From Candidatus Multivoradales bacterium (GTDB taxonomy: Bacteria > Acidobacteriota > Thermoanaerobaculia > Multivoradales > JAHEKO01): a stretch of 64,000 nucleotides of DNA. The DNA lies in contig CBDCXM010000009.1 of assembly GCA_965223855.1 (NCBI GenBank), positions 896,001 through 960,000 of the forward strand, read 5' to 3'. Each line of letters opens with the position of its first letter. Within the stretch, counting starts at the first letter, position 1. Under the pieces are notes generated by a model. The model was not told the DNA's origin and searched no databases. It saw nothing but the letters and a program-made list of their open reading frames with translations. Position numbers and translations under genes: made by a program. Of this stretch, positions 36,424-45,338 are shown piece after piece.

Positions 36424-36532
36424 CCGGGACTTCTCACGCCGGCAACCTTGGTCTGCGCTCGCCGTATCCATGAGCGTCGTCGAGGCCCGAGCCCTCGTTC
36501 CCGCAACCTGTGTTCCCTCGACAGGAGGTCGT

Positions 36533-37681
36533 ATGTCCAGACGTCTTCTTCTTCCCTCGGCGGCGCTGGCGCTGATGTTCAGCGCCGCGTTGGCCGCTCA
36601 CGCCCAACGCCTCACTGCACCCCCCGGAGGGGCCAATCAGCGCTCGGTGGTCACCCAGTACCTGGGGCTGGTGTCGGTGACGATCGACTACAACAGCCCC
36701 GACGTGACGAGCCCCGCCGGCGACGACCGAACCGGCCAGATCTGGGGGCAGCTCGTTCCCTGGGGGATCGCCCCCAACCCGTTCTTCCCGGGCTTTGGCA
36801 GTGCCGAGACCATGCCGTGGCGGGCAGGGGCCAACGAGGCGACGACGATCACCGTCTCTCACGACGTGGAGGTCGAGGGGCAACCGCTCCCGGCCGGCAA
36901 GTACGCCCTCTTCATGGCTCCCGGCGAAGACGAGTGGGAGGTGATCTTCAATCGCAATCACGCCGCCTGGGGGAGCTTCTTCTACGACCCCGATCTCGAC
37001 GTTGCGAAGGTGAGCGTGAAGCCGGAAACGACCGACTTCTTCCGCGAGTGGCTGACGTTCGAGTTCGACGATCGCCAGCTCGATACGGCGCGGGCGGTGC
37101 TCCACTGGGAGCATCTGAGGGTGCCCTTCCGCATCAGCGTGCCGGATCAGGCATCGCTCTACCACCAGGCGATGTCCGACGAGCTCACCGGCCCGGTCGG
37201 CTTCAACTTCCAGAACTTCATCCAGGCGTCTCAGTGGGCGGTGCAGCATGAGGCGTACCACGACGACGCCATTGGCTGGGCGGATGCGGCGGTGACCGCC
37301 AACACCAATTTCCAGACCCTCTCCAACAAGGCCAACGTCCTCAATGCGGCCGGTCGCAACGAAGAGGCGATGGCGGCGCTCGACCAGGCGATCGACCACC
37401 CGACCGCCACCGCGGTAGCGGTCCACATGGCCGCGCGAGGTCTGCAGGGCCAGGGGCAGATGGACGCCGCCAACCTGATCTTCCGCAAGAACTACGAGAA
37501 GAACCCCGGAGAGTGGCCGGTCGACTTCGGCATGGCGCGGCTCTACTCTCAGGAAGGCGACTTCGACAAGGCGCTCGAGCATGCGCGAATCGCGCTCGGC
37601 CGCGCACCGGAAGGGCCCCAGAAGCAGAATCTCGAGACGCAGATCGAGCGACTGGAGCGGCAGGAGAACATCAACCCCTGA
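36533..37681 (+). CDS. Exported DUF2911-domain + TPR protein
   Basis: AGGAGG RBS; 'TIDYNSP..IWGQLVPWG..WRAGANEAT..LPAGKYALF'; C-terminal TPRs. Confidence 0.88.
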   Translation: MSRRLLLPSAALALMFSAALAAHAQRLTAPPGGANQRSVVTQYLGLVSVTIDYNSPDVTSPAGDDRTGQIWGQLVPWGIAPNPFFPGFGSAETMPWRAGANEATTITVSHDVEVEGQPLPAGKYALFMAPGEDEWEVIFNRNHAAWGSFFYDPDLDVAKVSVKPETTDFFREWLTFEFDDRQLDTARAVLHWEHLRVPFRISVPDQASLYHQAMSDELTGPVGFNFQNFIQASQWAVQHEAYHDDAIGWADAAVTANTNFQTLSNKANVLNAAGRNEEAMAALDQAIDHPTATAVAVHMAARGLQGQGQMDAANLIFRKNYEKNPGEWPVDFGMARLYSQEGDFDKALEHARIALGRAPEGPQKQNLETQIERLERQENINP

Positions 37682-37698
37682 CAGAGCAAGATCGCCTC

Positions 37699-37729
37699 GA
37701 AGCCGGTCTCAGGGCCGGCTTCCTTTTTT
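37699..37729 (+). terminator. Rho-independent terminator
   Basis: GAAGCCGG...CCGGCTTC stem followed by a T6 run. Confidence 0.85.
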
Positions 37730-37736
37730 GCCTCAG

Positions 37737-37774
37737 TGTACTAGTTGACTAGTTCAATGGTAGAGCCATACAAT
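37737..37774 (+). promoter_or_regulatory. YtrA-type GntR operator overlapping a sigma70 promoter
   Basis: Near-palindrome TGTACTAGTTGACTAGTTCA; TTGACT (37745)-N18-TACAAT (37769). Confidence 0.75.
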
Positions 37775-37780
37775 GCCGCC

Positions 37781-38173
37781 GTGCCGACGAAACGCTTCGA
37801 GATCGACCGCACCAGCGCCGTGCCGGTCTACGTGCAGCTCCAGGAGCAGATCCGACTGCTCGTGCACCGCGGTGTGCTCACCCCCGGCGACGCGATGCCG
37901 ACCGTGCGCGCGCTCGCCGTCGAGCTGGGTATCAACGCCAACACCGTCACCCGGGTCTACCGCGAGTTGCAGCAGCAGGGTTTCCTGCGCCTCGAGCGGG
38001 GGGTCGGTACCTTCGTGGCGGTGCCCCCCCGCGATCCCTCCCTGGGAGAAGACGACTACCGGCGCCTCGAGACGCAGGTGCGGGCGCTCGTGGAAATGGC
38101 TCGTTCGAAGGGCCTCGCCCGGCGCGAACTGACACAACTGCTCGAAACTCTCTGGAAGGAGACTTCGTCATGA
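37781..38173 (+). CDS. GntR-family (YtrA subfamily) transcriptional regulator
   Basis: 'PVYVQLQEQI..LTPGDAMPTVRALAVELGINANTVTRVYREL..RGVGTFV'; short C-terminus; GTG 6 nt after the -10 box. Confidence 0.92.
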   Translation: MPTKRFEIDRTSAVPVYVQLQEQIRLLVHRGVLTPGDAMPTVRALAVELGINANTVTRVYRELQQQGFLRLERGVGTFVAVPPRDPSLGEDDYRRLETQVRALVEMARSKGLARRELTQLLETLWKETSS

Positions 38174-39042
38174 AAGGACGCTTCAACCCCGTCGCCATGA
38201 TCGTGCTGCTCGTCTCGGCGGGCCTCGCCGTCGCGTGCGCACTGACCGTCGGACCCTGGCCGGCAGGAGCGATCTTCGTGCTCGGCTTCTATCTCAGTCT
38301 CTCTCCGCGCCTGCTCAAGGAGTGGGAGCGCGGCGTACTGCTGCGACTCGGCCGCTTCCAGCGCGTGCTCGAGCCGGGTATCTCCTGGACCTTCCCCGGC
38401 TTCGACCGCCTGACCGCCGCGGTCGACATGAGGATCCGCTCGACACCGTTCGCCGCCGAGAAGACGCTGACTCGCGACACCGTGCCGGTCAACGTGGATG
38501 CGGTGCTCTTCTGGGTCGTGACCGACGCCAAGCGGGCGATCGTCGAGGTCGAGCACTTCGAGTCGACCGTGAGCTGGGCGGCGCAGACGACGCTGCGCGA
38601 CGTCATCGGCCACACGGAACTCGTACGGATGATCTCCGACCGCGAGGCGATCGACCGCCAGCTCCAGGAGATCATCGATGCCAAGACCTCCGAGTGGGGC
38701 ATTACGGTCCAGTCGGTCGAGATCCGGGACGTCCGCATCCCCGGGGGTCTCGAGGACGCCATGTCGCGCAAGGCGCAGGCCGACCGCGAGCGCGAGGCGC
38801 GCATCATCCTCGCCGAGTCCGAGCGGCAGGTCGCCGGCGAGATGGAGAAGGCCGCGGCGGTCTACGAGCGCGACCCGGTGGCCTTGCGGATCCGCGCCAT
38901 GAACATGACCTACGAGTCGATCAAGGAGCGTGGGGCGCTGATGGTCGTGCCGTCGGACATGGTCGGCTCGATGAACGGCGTGCTGGGGATGGCGACCGCC
39001 GCGTTCGAGGCGCCGGCGGTCTCCGCCGACGGCTCCGACTGA
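38170..39042 (+). CDS. SPFH/band-7 (slipin/stomatin-like) protein
   Basis: 'EWERGVLLRLGRF', 'LTRDTVPVNVDAV', 'AQTTLRDVIG', 'WGITVQSVEIRDV', 'AQADREREAR'. Confidence 0.92.
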   Translation: MKGRFNPVAMIVLLVSAGLAVACALTVGPWPAGAIFVLGFYLSLSPRLLKEWERGVLLRLGRFQRVLEPGISWTFPGFDRLTAAVDMRIRSTPFAAEKTLTRDTVPVNVDAVLFWVVTDAKRAIVEVEHFESTVSWAAQTTLRDVIGHTELVRMISDREAIDRQLQEIIDAKTSEWGITVQSVEIRDVRIPGGLEDAMSRKAQADREREARIILAESERQVAGEMEKAAAVYERDPVALRIRAMNMTYESIKERGALMVVPSDMVGSMNGVLGMATAAFEAPAVSADGSD

Positions 39043-39051
39043 GTCGGGAAG

Positions 39052-39630
39052 ATGCTCGCCGTCCGACAGAGTCGATTGCACGACGTGGCGCTCGCCATCG
39101 GCGGGCTGCGCACTCCGGGCCTTTCGCTCTTCCCGTTCTTCGACGATGGCGGAAGCGTGCAGGCGGCGATGGTGACGAGTGACGCCGACGGCCGCATCGT
39201 GCTCCTCGACCGCAGCCGGCTGAGTCGTGCCGTCGGCTCCCGGCGGGCGTGGAGTGTGGCGCAAGGCCTGCTGCTCGACCCCTCTCATTGGGCGGATCTT
39301 TCCACCCTCGATGCCGTCGACGTCGAGGAGCTGTGGCACTTCGACCCGTGGTGGGAGCTGGCCGAGGCGCGCTACGACGGTCATCCGGCCGTGCCGGCGA
39401 TCAAGCAGACGAATCTTCCCGCCTACGATGGGGAGCTCTCGGAGGTGTGGTTCGACCGCACGCTTTCGCGGGTCGTCTGGTTCGTCTGGGGCGAGGGCGA
39501 GGAGGCACGGCAGCGCCCGTTTCGCCCCAGGCTGCTGGCTGCTGCGCGGGAGGCGAGACGTCGCGAGTCGGCCCCCCCGAGCAGGGTGGCACCGAGCCGT
39601 GAAGGATGGCGGCTGCGCCCCTATTGGTAG
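39052..39630 (+). CDS. Hypothetical protein (Trp-rich)
   Basis: 9 nt after the SPFH stop, same strand, plausible composition. Confidence 0.6.
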   Translation: MLAVRQSRLHDVALAIGGLRTPGLSLFPFFDDGGSVQAAMVTSDADGRIVLLDRSRLSRAVGSRRAWSVAQGLLLDPSHWADLSTLDAVDVEELWHFDPWWELAEARYDGHPAVPAIKQTNLPAYDGELSEVWFDRTLSRVVWFVWGEGEEARQRPFRPRLLAAAREARRRESAPPSRVAPSREGWRLRPYW

Positions 39631-39701
39631 CACTCTGCGAGCGGCCACGAGGCAGCCCGAGCCTCTCGCCGGCACGCCCCGCGGCGCCTGTGTGGTCCGC
39701 C

Positions 39702-39744
39702 AAAAAAAACGTTCGGCCTCGTCAGGGAGTCGACGAGGCCGAAC
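39702..39744 (-). terminator. Rho-independent terminator (minus strand)
   Basis: Perfect 13-bp stem GTTCGGCCTCGTC/GACGAGGCCGAAC with A8 on the plus strand (U8 on minus). Confidence 0.85.
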
Positions 39745-39846
39745 AGGGGATGGCTCCGGGCGACGGAGCCTCGAAGGGTCTGCGTAGTATCGCAAGAACG
39801 CGATAGGTCCCGATGTGACCGACTTCACAGGCTGCGGAGCCGTCCG

Positions 39847-41811
39847 TCAGACGAGTTCCGGATCAGCGACGATCTCGACCAGGCTCGGCCCGTCGATCGA
39901 CAGCGCTTCCTCGAGCGCCGCGTCGAGATCGGCGTGTTCGGTGACCCGACGTCCGTGGGTGCCGCAGAGCCGCGCGTAGGCGGCAAAGTCCGGGTTGTGG
40001 AGCGAGGTCTGCCAGACGTCCCAGTTGCCGGAGCGCTGTTCCTTGGAGATCTTGCCCAGTTCGCTGTTGTTGACGAGGACGTGGGTGATGTTCATCCCGT
40101 ACTTGACCGCCGTCGTGAGCTCACCGAGGTACTGGCCGAAGCCGCCGTCTCCCGACACCGACACGACCGGCCGGCCGGCAAAAGGAGTGTCCTCCTCCTG
40201 CGTGGCCGCCCACGCTCCCATCGCCGCCGGAAAGGCGAAGCCGATCGAACCGAGGTAGCCCGACATCAGGATCGCCTGTCTCGTGCACTCGAAGTAGCGA
40301 CCGAAGGAGTAGGTGTTGTTGCCGACGTCGACCGGCACGATGGCGTCCTCGGGCACGACCCGGTTCATGGCGTCGAAGATCGCCGCCGAGGAAACCCCGC
40401 GACCGCGCTCCTCATCGAGCCGGCGTCGCTTCTCACGGCGCCACAGCTTCCAGCGGGAGGCGACGTCCGGGCGCTGATCTTCGCTGCCGGTTCCGCCGTC
40501 CAGCGCTTCGAGTAGCAGCCTCGCGGTCACTCCGATTTCTCCCCACACCGGCACCGCCACCGGGTGGAACTTGCCGAGCACCATCGGGTCGTAGTCGACC
40601 TGAACGATCGGTCGCTTCGGAGTGATGCCGGTGTGGTTCGAGAAGCTCGCGCCGAAGACCAGCAGCGCGTCCGACTCGTTCATCAGCCAGCTCGCCACCG
40701 GGGTGCCGCTCCTGCCCAGCACCCCGGCGCCCAGCGGGTGGTGATCGGAGACGAGCCCCTTGCCCTTGAAGGTCGTCAGCACCGGCGCGTGCAGACACTC
40801 GGCGAGCTCGATCACCGGCTTCATCTCGAAGCGGGCGCCGTGTCCGACGACGAGCACCGGTCGCCGGGAGGCGCGCAGCAGCTCGACCGCCTCGTCGAGG
40901 CTCTCGCGAGGCGGCGCGATCTGCCGCCGCGTCACCCGTCCTTCGGGACCCCCGGCCCTGGCTCCGTCCGGAGCCGGCTGGGTCTGCACCTCGTCGGGGA
41001 AGATCAGGTGCGACACGCCGCGCTCGAGGATCGCCGTCTTGGCGGCCAGGTTGACCAGCTCGGCATGGCGGCTGGTCGTGAGCACCGGCTGCGTCCAGCG
41101 GGCCACGCCACCGAAGGCGGCGGCGAGATCGACCTCCTGAAACGCCCCGGGCCCGAGCACCTGGGTATCGACCTGGCCGGTGAGTGCGAGCACCGGAGAG
41201 CGATCGACGTTGGCATCCCATAACCCGGTCAGCAGATTGGTCGCTCCGGGGCCGGCGATCGACAGACAGGCGGCTGGGCGCCCGGTGAGCTTGCCGTAGG
41301 CCGAGGCGGCGAATGCCGCAGCCCCCTCGTGCCGGATGCCGTAGAAGCGCAGCCGCCCCGCCTCCTCCTGGCGCCGCAGGGCGTCGGCGAGCCCCAGGTT
41401 CGAGTGACCGACCATCCCCCATACGTGGCGCACCCCCCAGTTGGTGAGCGTCTCCGCCATCACGTCGGTGACGGTCTCGACATGAGGCTCCTCTGCGGGA
41501 AGCGCCACCCAGACGCCGTCGTCACGTTCCTCGACCTCGAAAGCCTCGACGCCGTCGTCGAACCCCGGGGCCTTGCCGGTCAGGGGATCGTAGTCCCAGC
41601 CGTGCCACGGACAGCGGAGCAACCCGTTCTCGATCGTCCCCTCGCCCAACGGACCGCCCTGGTGGGGGCAGCGATTGTCGAGTGCGCCGAAGCGGCCGCC
41701 ATGACGGGTGACGCATACGGTCGTGTGACCGCACGTCACCGCCTTGACGCGACCTTCCGCCAGCTCCTCCCTGTCGAGCACCTTGTGCCATCGCACGCTG
41801 TCTTCACTCAT
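39847..41811 (-). CDS. Rieske [2Fe-2S] domain fused to a ThDP-dependent pyruvate-oxidase/AHAS-like enzyme
   Basis: CPHQGGPL..CPWHGW; 'IRHEGAAAFAA', 'GPGATN', 'GDGGFGQ..NNSELG'. Confidence 0.92.
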   Translation of the reverse strand: MSEDSVRWHKVLDREELAEGRVKAVTCGHTTVCVTRHGGRFGALDNRCPHQGGPLGEGTIENGLLRCPWHGWDYDPLTGKAPGFDDGVEAFEVEERDDGVWVALPAEEPHVETVTDVMAETLTNWGVRHVWGMVGHSNLGLADALRRQEEAGRLRFYGIRHEGAAAFAASAYGKLTGRPAACLSIAGPGATNLLTGLWDANVDRSPVLALTGQVDTQVLGPGAFQEVDLAAAFGGVARWTQPVLTTSRHAELVNLAAKTAILERGVSHLIFPDEVQTQPAPDGARAGGPEGRVTRRQIAPPRESLDEAVELLRASRRPVLVVGHGARFEMKPVIELAECLHAPVLTTFKGKGLVSDHHPLGAGVLGRSGTPVASWLMNESDALLVFGASFSNHTGITPKRPIVQVDYDPMVLGKFHPVAVPVWGEIGVTARLLLEALDGGTGSEDQRPDVASRWKLWRREKRRRLDEERGRGVSSAAIFDAMNRVVPEDAIVPVDVGNNTYSFGRYFECTRQAILMSGYLGSIGFAFPAAMGAWAATQEEDTPFAGRPVVSVSGDGGFGQYLGELTTAVKYGMNITHVLVNNSELGKISKEQRSGNWDVWQTSLHNPDFAAYARLCGTHGRRVTEHADLDAALEEALSIDGPSLVEIVADPELV

Positions 41812-41981
41812 GGGACGCCTTTCTCCGCTGTCGTCGCGGGCGAACGTGAGAGACTGGAGCGTAGCGAAACACCGCGACCGCCCTGTGGTTTTCTGAGGCT
41901 CCCCCGATCGGTTGGGTTGGGGGAGATCATTCGAACGCGGGCTTCGACCCCGCGGGGAGATCTCCGGTAAGGAGGAGGAAT

Positions 41982-42221
41982 ATGAACATCGTCTGGTTTC
42001 TGATTCTCGGAGCGGTGGCCGGCTGGATCGCCGGTCAGATCATGAAGGGGGGCGGCTTCGGCCTGCTCGGCAACATCATCGTCGGTGTCATCGGCGCGGT
42101 CATCGGTGGCTGGACCTTCGGCGCCCTCGGCCTGTCGGCCGGCGGCCTCGTGGGGTCGCTGGTGATGGCGGTGGTGGGAGCGGTCATCCTGCTGTTCCTC
42201 GTCGGCCTGATCAAGAAATAG
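41982..42221 (+). CDS. GlsB/YeaQ/YmgE family stress-response membrane protein
   Basis: 'LILGAVAGWIAG..GLLGNIIVGVIGAVIGG..GAVILL'; strong RBS. Confidence 0.93.
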   Translation: MNIVWFLILGAVAGWIAGQIMKGGGFGLLGNIIVGVIGAVIGGWTFGALGLSAGGLVGSLVMAVVGAVILLFLVGLIKK

Positions 42222-42361
42222 CCGGGCCGGAGGTCGGCCGAAGGAGCTCGCCGGTGGCGAGTTCGAGGGAGGGGTGTGCCCGCGCTCACCAGGGGTGACT
42301 CGATTGCCGGCGGGAAACCCCGGGGCGCCGATCGCCGTCTCTATGCGCAAAGGAGGTGGCG

Positions 42362-42907
42362 ATGCTTCATCGGGCTTCGGAGTTGGCCGCGCGCGGCTAC
42401 GTCTTCGTGCTTCTCAACGTGTACGGCCTCGGCAAGATGGCGGGAGGGCAGTTCTATCGCCGTGGAGAGCTGCCCGCAGACGTAGCGGCAACGCCCCTGG
42501 GAGAGGCGTCGGCGTTCCAGCTCGCATGGTGCTTCATGGGCTACTCGCCGCTCTACATCGCCTTCGTCGGCGTCACCCAGGTGGTCGGGGCCTGGATGCT
42601 CCTGTGGGGGCGCACCAGGCTGCTGGGTGCCCTCATCCTCCTGCCGGTGATGATCAATGTGGTGGTCTTCGACGTGATCTTCCTCGACATGCCCGGAGCG
42701 TTGGCGAGCGCGTCGATCTATACCTCGCTGCTGGTGGCGGTGCTCGCGCTGAACGCCCCGTCGGTGCGACGGGCACTGGTCGCCCTCACCGTGTCCGATC
42801 GGCGGACGAGGGACTGGCGGGTGTTCGCACTCGCACTGGCGCTGATGGCGGCGCTCTTCGGCCTGGATCAGCTGCTCGTGAACTGGCTCGGACACGGCGA
42901 AGGGTAA
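42362..42907 (+). CDS. DoxX-like membrane protein
   Basis: 'YGLGK..GQF', 'LAWCFMGYS', 'RTRLLGALILLPVMIN'; AGGAGG RBS. Confidence 0.7.
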   Translation: MLHRASELAARGYVFVLLNVYGLGKMAGGQFYRRGELPADVAATPLGEASAFQLAWCFMGYSPLYIAFVGVTQVVGAWMLLWGRTRLLGALILLPVMINVVVFDVIFLDMPGALASASIYTSLLVAVLALNAPSVRRALVALTVSDRRTRDWRVFALALALMAALFGLDQLLVNWLGHGEG

Positions 42908-42935
42908 TGACGACAGGGAGAGTCACCAACGACGA

Positions 42936-42966
42936 CGCCCCGGACACCTGGAGGGTGCCCGGGGCG
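42936..42966. terminator. GC-rich hairpin between convergent genes
   Basis: CGCCCCGGACACC-TGGAG-GGTGCCCGGGGCG; no U-tract. Confidence 0.5.
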
Positions 42967-42997
42967 AATCGGATCCGTAGACCTCGAAGTGCAGGGC

Positions 42998-43654
42998 TCA
43001 GCGGGCGCGGGCGACCGTGACCCGCACGGTCGGGTTGCGCCAGTCGTGCGTCCGCTCGCTCAGATTGCCGGCGCGTCGGACGCCGGGTGAGACATGGATG
43101 AATCCCTCGGCACCGTTGGTGACGCGGACTCCGGGGTTGCCGCACGGCGGACCGGGGATGTGCGCGCAACGCTGTGTGTTGGCCTCGGAGCCGGCGTCGT
43201 ACGCGGGGCCGATGAAGGTGTCGCCCGAACGCACGACCTGACCGCCGGCGGCGTAGAAGGCGTCGTTGGTCGTCACCAGCATGCCGAGGACGGTGACGTT
43301 CTTGAACCCTCCGGCGAGAGAGATGGTGACCGTCTGACTCTGCCCGGGGAGGATGACGTCGCTGCCGATCTCGACCGAGCCGACTCGCGGTTCGGTTCCC
43401 AGCAGCGCGATCAGCCCCGCGCTGTCGGCGTCCTCGGCCACCGCCGCGAGCTCGGGGCTCGCCGCTTCGCCGGTCTCGAAGACCCGGAAGTTGCGCCGGT
43501 GGGAGACGACGATCGGCGGCGACATGATCTGTCCCGGAGTGAGGTTCGTGATCGTGACTTCGTAGGCGTTGCCCTGAGCGGCGGCCGGAGTGCCGCCGGT
43601 GAGCGCGACCGCAACTGCGATCACCGTGAGGGCGAGGGTGCGGAATCTGGACAT
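42998..43654 (-). CDS. Secreted spondin_N-domain protein
   Basis: 'YEVTITNLT..SPPIVVSH..ASPELAAVAED..MLVTTNDAF..YDAGSEAN'; signal peptide; AAGGAGG RBS. Confidence 0.88.
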   Translation of the reverse strand: MSRFRTLALTVIAVAVALTGGTPAAAQGNAYEVTITNLTPGQIMSPPIVVSHRRNFRVFETGEAASPELAAVAEDADSAGLIALLGTEPRVGSVEIGSDVILPGQSQTVTISLAGGFKNVTVLGMLVTTNDAFYAAGGQVVRSGDTFIGPAYDAGSEANTQRCAHIPGPPCGNPGVRVTNGAEGFIHVSPGVRRAGNLSERTHDWRNPTVRVTVARAR

Positions 43655-43730
43655 CTGAGCCTCCTTGGGAAGTTGCTCGTGAGTGGGGGCGTCGATCTCG
43701 TGTCGACGCTCGAAGCATCGAGCGCCGAGT

Positions 43731-43768
43731 TCACGAGAAGTTCCCCCGGATCTCACGTTTTCCTCACG
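43731..43768. promoter_or_regulatory. OmpR-type direct-repeat boxes TCACG-N6-TCACG upstream of the spondin gene
   Basis: TCACG at 43731, 43753 and 43764 (degenerate TCCCC at 43742), all in 11-bp phase. Confidence 0.65.
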
Positions 43769-43811
43769 ACGGCTGGCCCTGTCGGCGGCCGCCTGCCTGT
43801 GGATTCGCCTG

Positions 43812-45338
43812 TCAGGCGGCGACGAGCGGCAGTTCGAAGGAGAAGGTGCTGCCCGCCCCGACCTCGGAATCGACGGCGATCGAGGCTCCGTGCAGCTCCA
43901 GCGCCTTGCGGGCGATGGCGAGGCCGAGGCCGTTACCGTGGCCTCTGGCGCCATGGCTCTCGCCGCCCGCGCGGCGTCCCGAGGCGCCGTAGAAGTAGCG
44001 ATCGAAGAGGTGGGGCAGCTCGTCCTCCGGGATTCCGCTGCCGGTGTCGGTGATCTCCACCACGGCGGTGCCGTCGCTCTCGCCGACGGCGATCCGCACC
44101 CGCCCTCCGGCGGGCGTGTGCTCGAGCGCGTTGTCGAGCAGGTTCTGCAGCACCCGGGCCAGGAGGCCGGTGTCGGCGTGTACGCGGGCGAGTCCCTCGG
44201 GAAGACCTGCTTCGAGCCTCACTCCACGCTGTTCGGCCGCGAGCCGGTACTCGGCGACGATGTCCTGCACCAGCTCCGTCATCGCCACCGCCTCGCGGTC
44301 GAGCTTGACGCCCCCCGAGTCGAGCTTCGCCAGCTCGAAAAGCTCGGCGACGAGCTGCTCGAGGCGCGACGCCTGGCGGGAGGCGATCTCCAGGTAGCGG
44401 GCGCGACGCTCGTCGTCGAGCCCTTCGTTTCTGAAGCGCAGGGTGTCGAGGTAGCCGCGCAGTGAGGTCAGAGGCGTGCGCAGGTCGTGCGAGACGTTGG
44501 CGACCAGGTCGCGGCGCAGCCGATCGAGGTGTCGCAGCTCGTGAAGCTGCGTCACCAGTCGCTCGGCCATGCGGCCGAAGGTGCGGCCGAGCCGGTCGAT
44601 CTCGTCACCGCCGCCCGTGATGTCCCCGGCTCTGCGGTCCGGGTCGCCGGAAGGCAGCGCCGCCGCCCGGCGGAAGTCGCTTTCTTCGAAGCTCTCGACG
44701 GCGGCCGAGAGCCGGCGCAGCCGGCGGGTCAGGTAATAGAGCAGGCCGAGCCCGCCGAGGAGCGCGACCAGCAGCGAGGCGATGACGCCCCCGGCGGCGA
44801 GGCGCGCGATGTAGCTCCCGCGAAGCAGGGCCGCTGCGGAGTCGTACTCCTGCCCACCGAGGACGACGTAGAGGTAGCCCTGCGGCGCCGAGGGCGGACC
44901 GACGGTGGCGGCCGAGAACACCTTGCGACGCTCCGCGTGGCGCGGGTCGTCGCCGACGATCGCGCGTGTCGAGGAAGCGGCGAGGAAGCGGCGCACCGGC
45001 CCGAGATCGACGCGATCCCGGACGACGACGCCGTAAGGCGCCGAGTAGGAGAGGATCTCGCCCGCCGCGTCGAGGAGGTAGACCTCGATCGCCGGGTTCA
45101 CCACCATCATCGTGTGGAAGACGTCGTAGAGCGCGTCGTCCTGGACCTCGCCCTCGATCATGATGTCCGCCTCCTTTACCAGGTTGGCGGCCAGATCGTG
45201 GTGCAGGCTCTGGGTGAGCTCGGCCTGATAGGCGCGCGTCGTCGCGAGCGTCACCCCTAGGTAGAGCGCGCCGACGAACAGCACGATCGCCAGCAGCGCT
45301 AGGGCGAGACGCGCGAAGAGGCTGGAGCGCCGGTTCAC
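43812..45338 (-). CDS. Sensor histidine kinase (HAMP-HisKA-HATPase)
   Basis: 'ANVSHDLRTPLT', 'NLLDNAL', 'DTGSGI', 'GLGLAIA'; GTGA overlap with the response regulator. Confidence 0.93.
   Translation of the reverse strand: MNRRSSLFARLALALLAIVLFVGALYLGVTLATTRAYQAELTQSLHHDLAANLVKEADIMIEGEVQDDALYDVFHTMMVVNPAIEVYLLDAAGEILSYSAPYGVVVRDRVDLGPVRRFLAASSTRAIVGDDPRHAERRKVFSAATVGPPSAPQGYLYVVLGGQEYDSAAALLRGSYIARLAAGGVIASLLVALLGGLGLLYYLTRRLRRLSAAVESFEESDFRRAAALPSGDPDRRAGDITGGGDEIDRLGRTFGRMAERLVTQLHELRHLDRLRRDLVANVSHDLRTPLTSLRGYLDTLRFRNEGLDDERRARYLEIASRQASRLEQLVAELFELAKLDSGGVKLDREAVAMTELVQDIVAEYRLAAEQRGVRLEAGLPEGLARVHADTGLLARVLQNLLDNALEHTPAGGRVRIAVGESDGTAVVEITDTGSGIPEDELPHLFDRYFYGASGRRAGGESHGARGHGNGLGLAIARKALELHGASIAVDSEVGAGSTFSFELPLVAA

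Noticed and set aside
41812-41981. TPP riboswitch upstream of the ThDP enzyme
   Set aside because: No recognisable GCTGAGA / ACCTG core on the coding strand; only a generic hairpin
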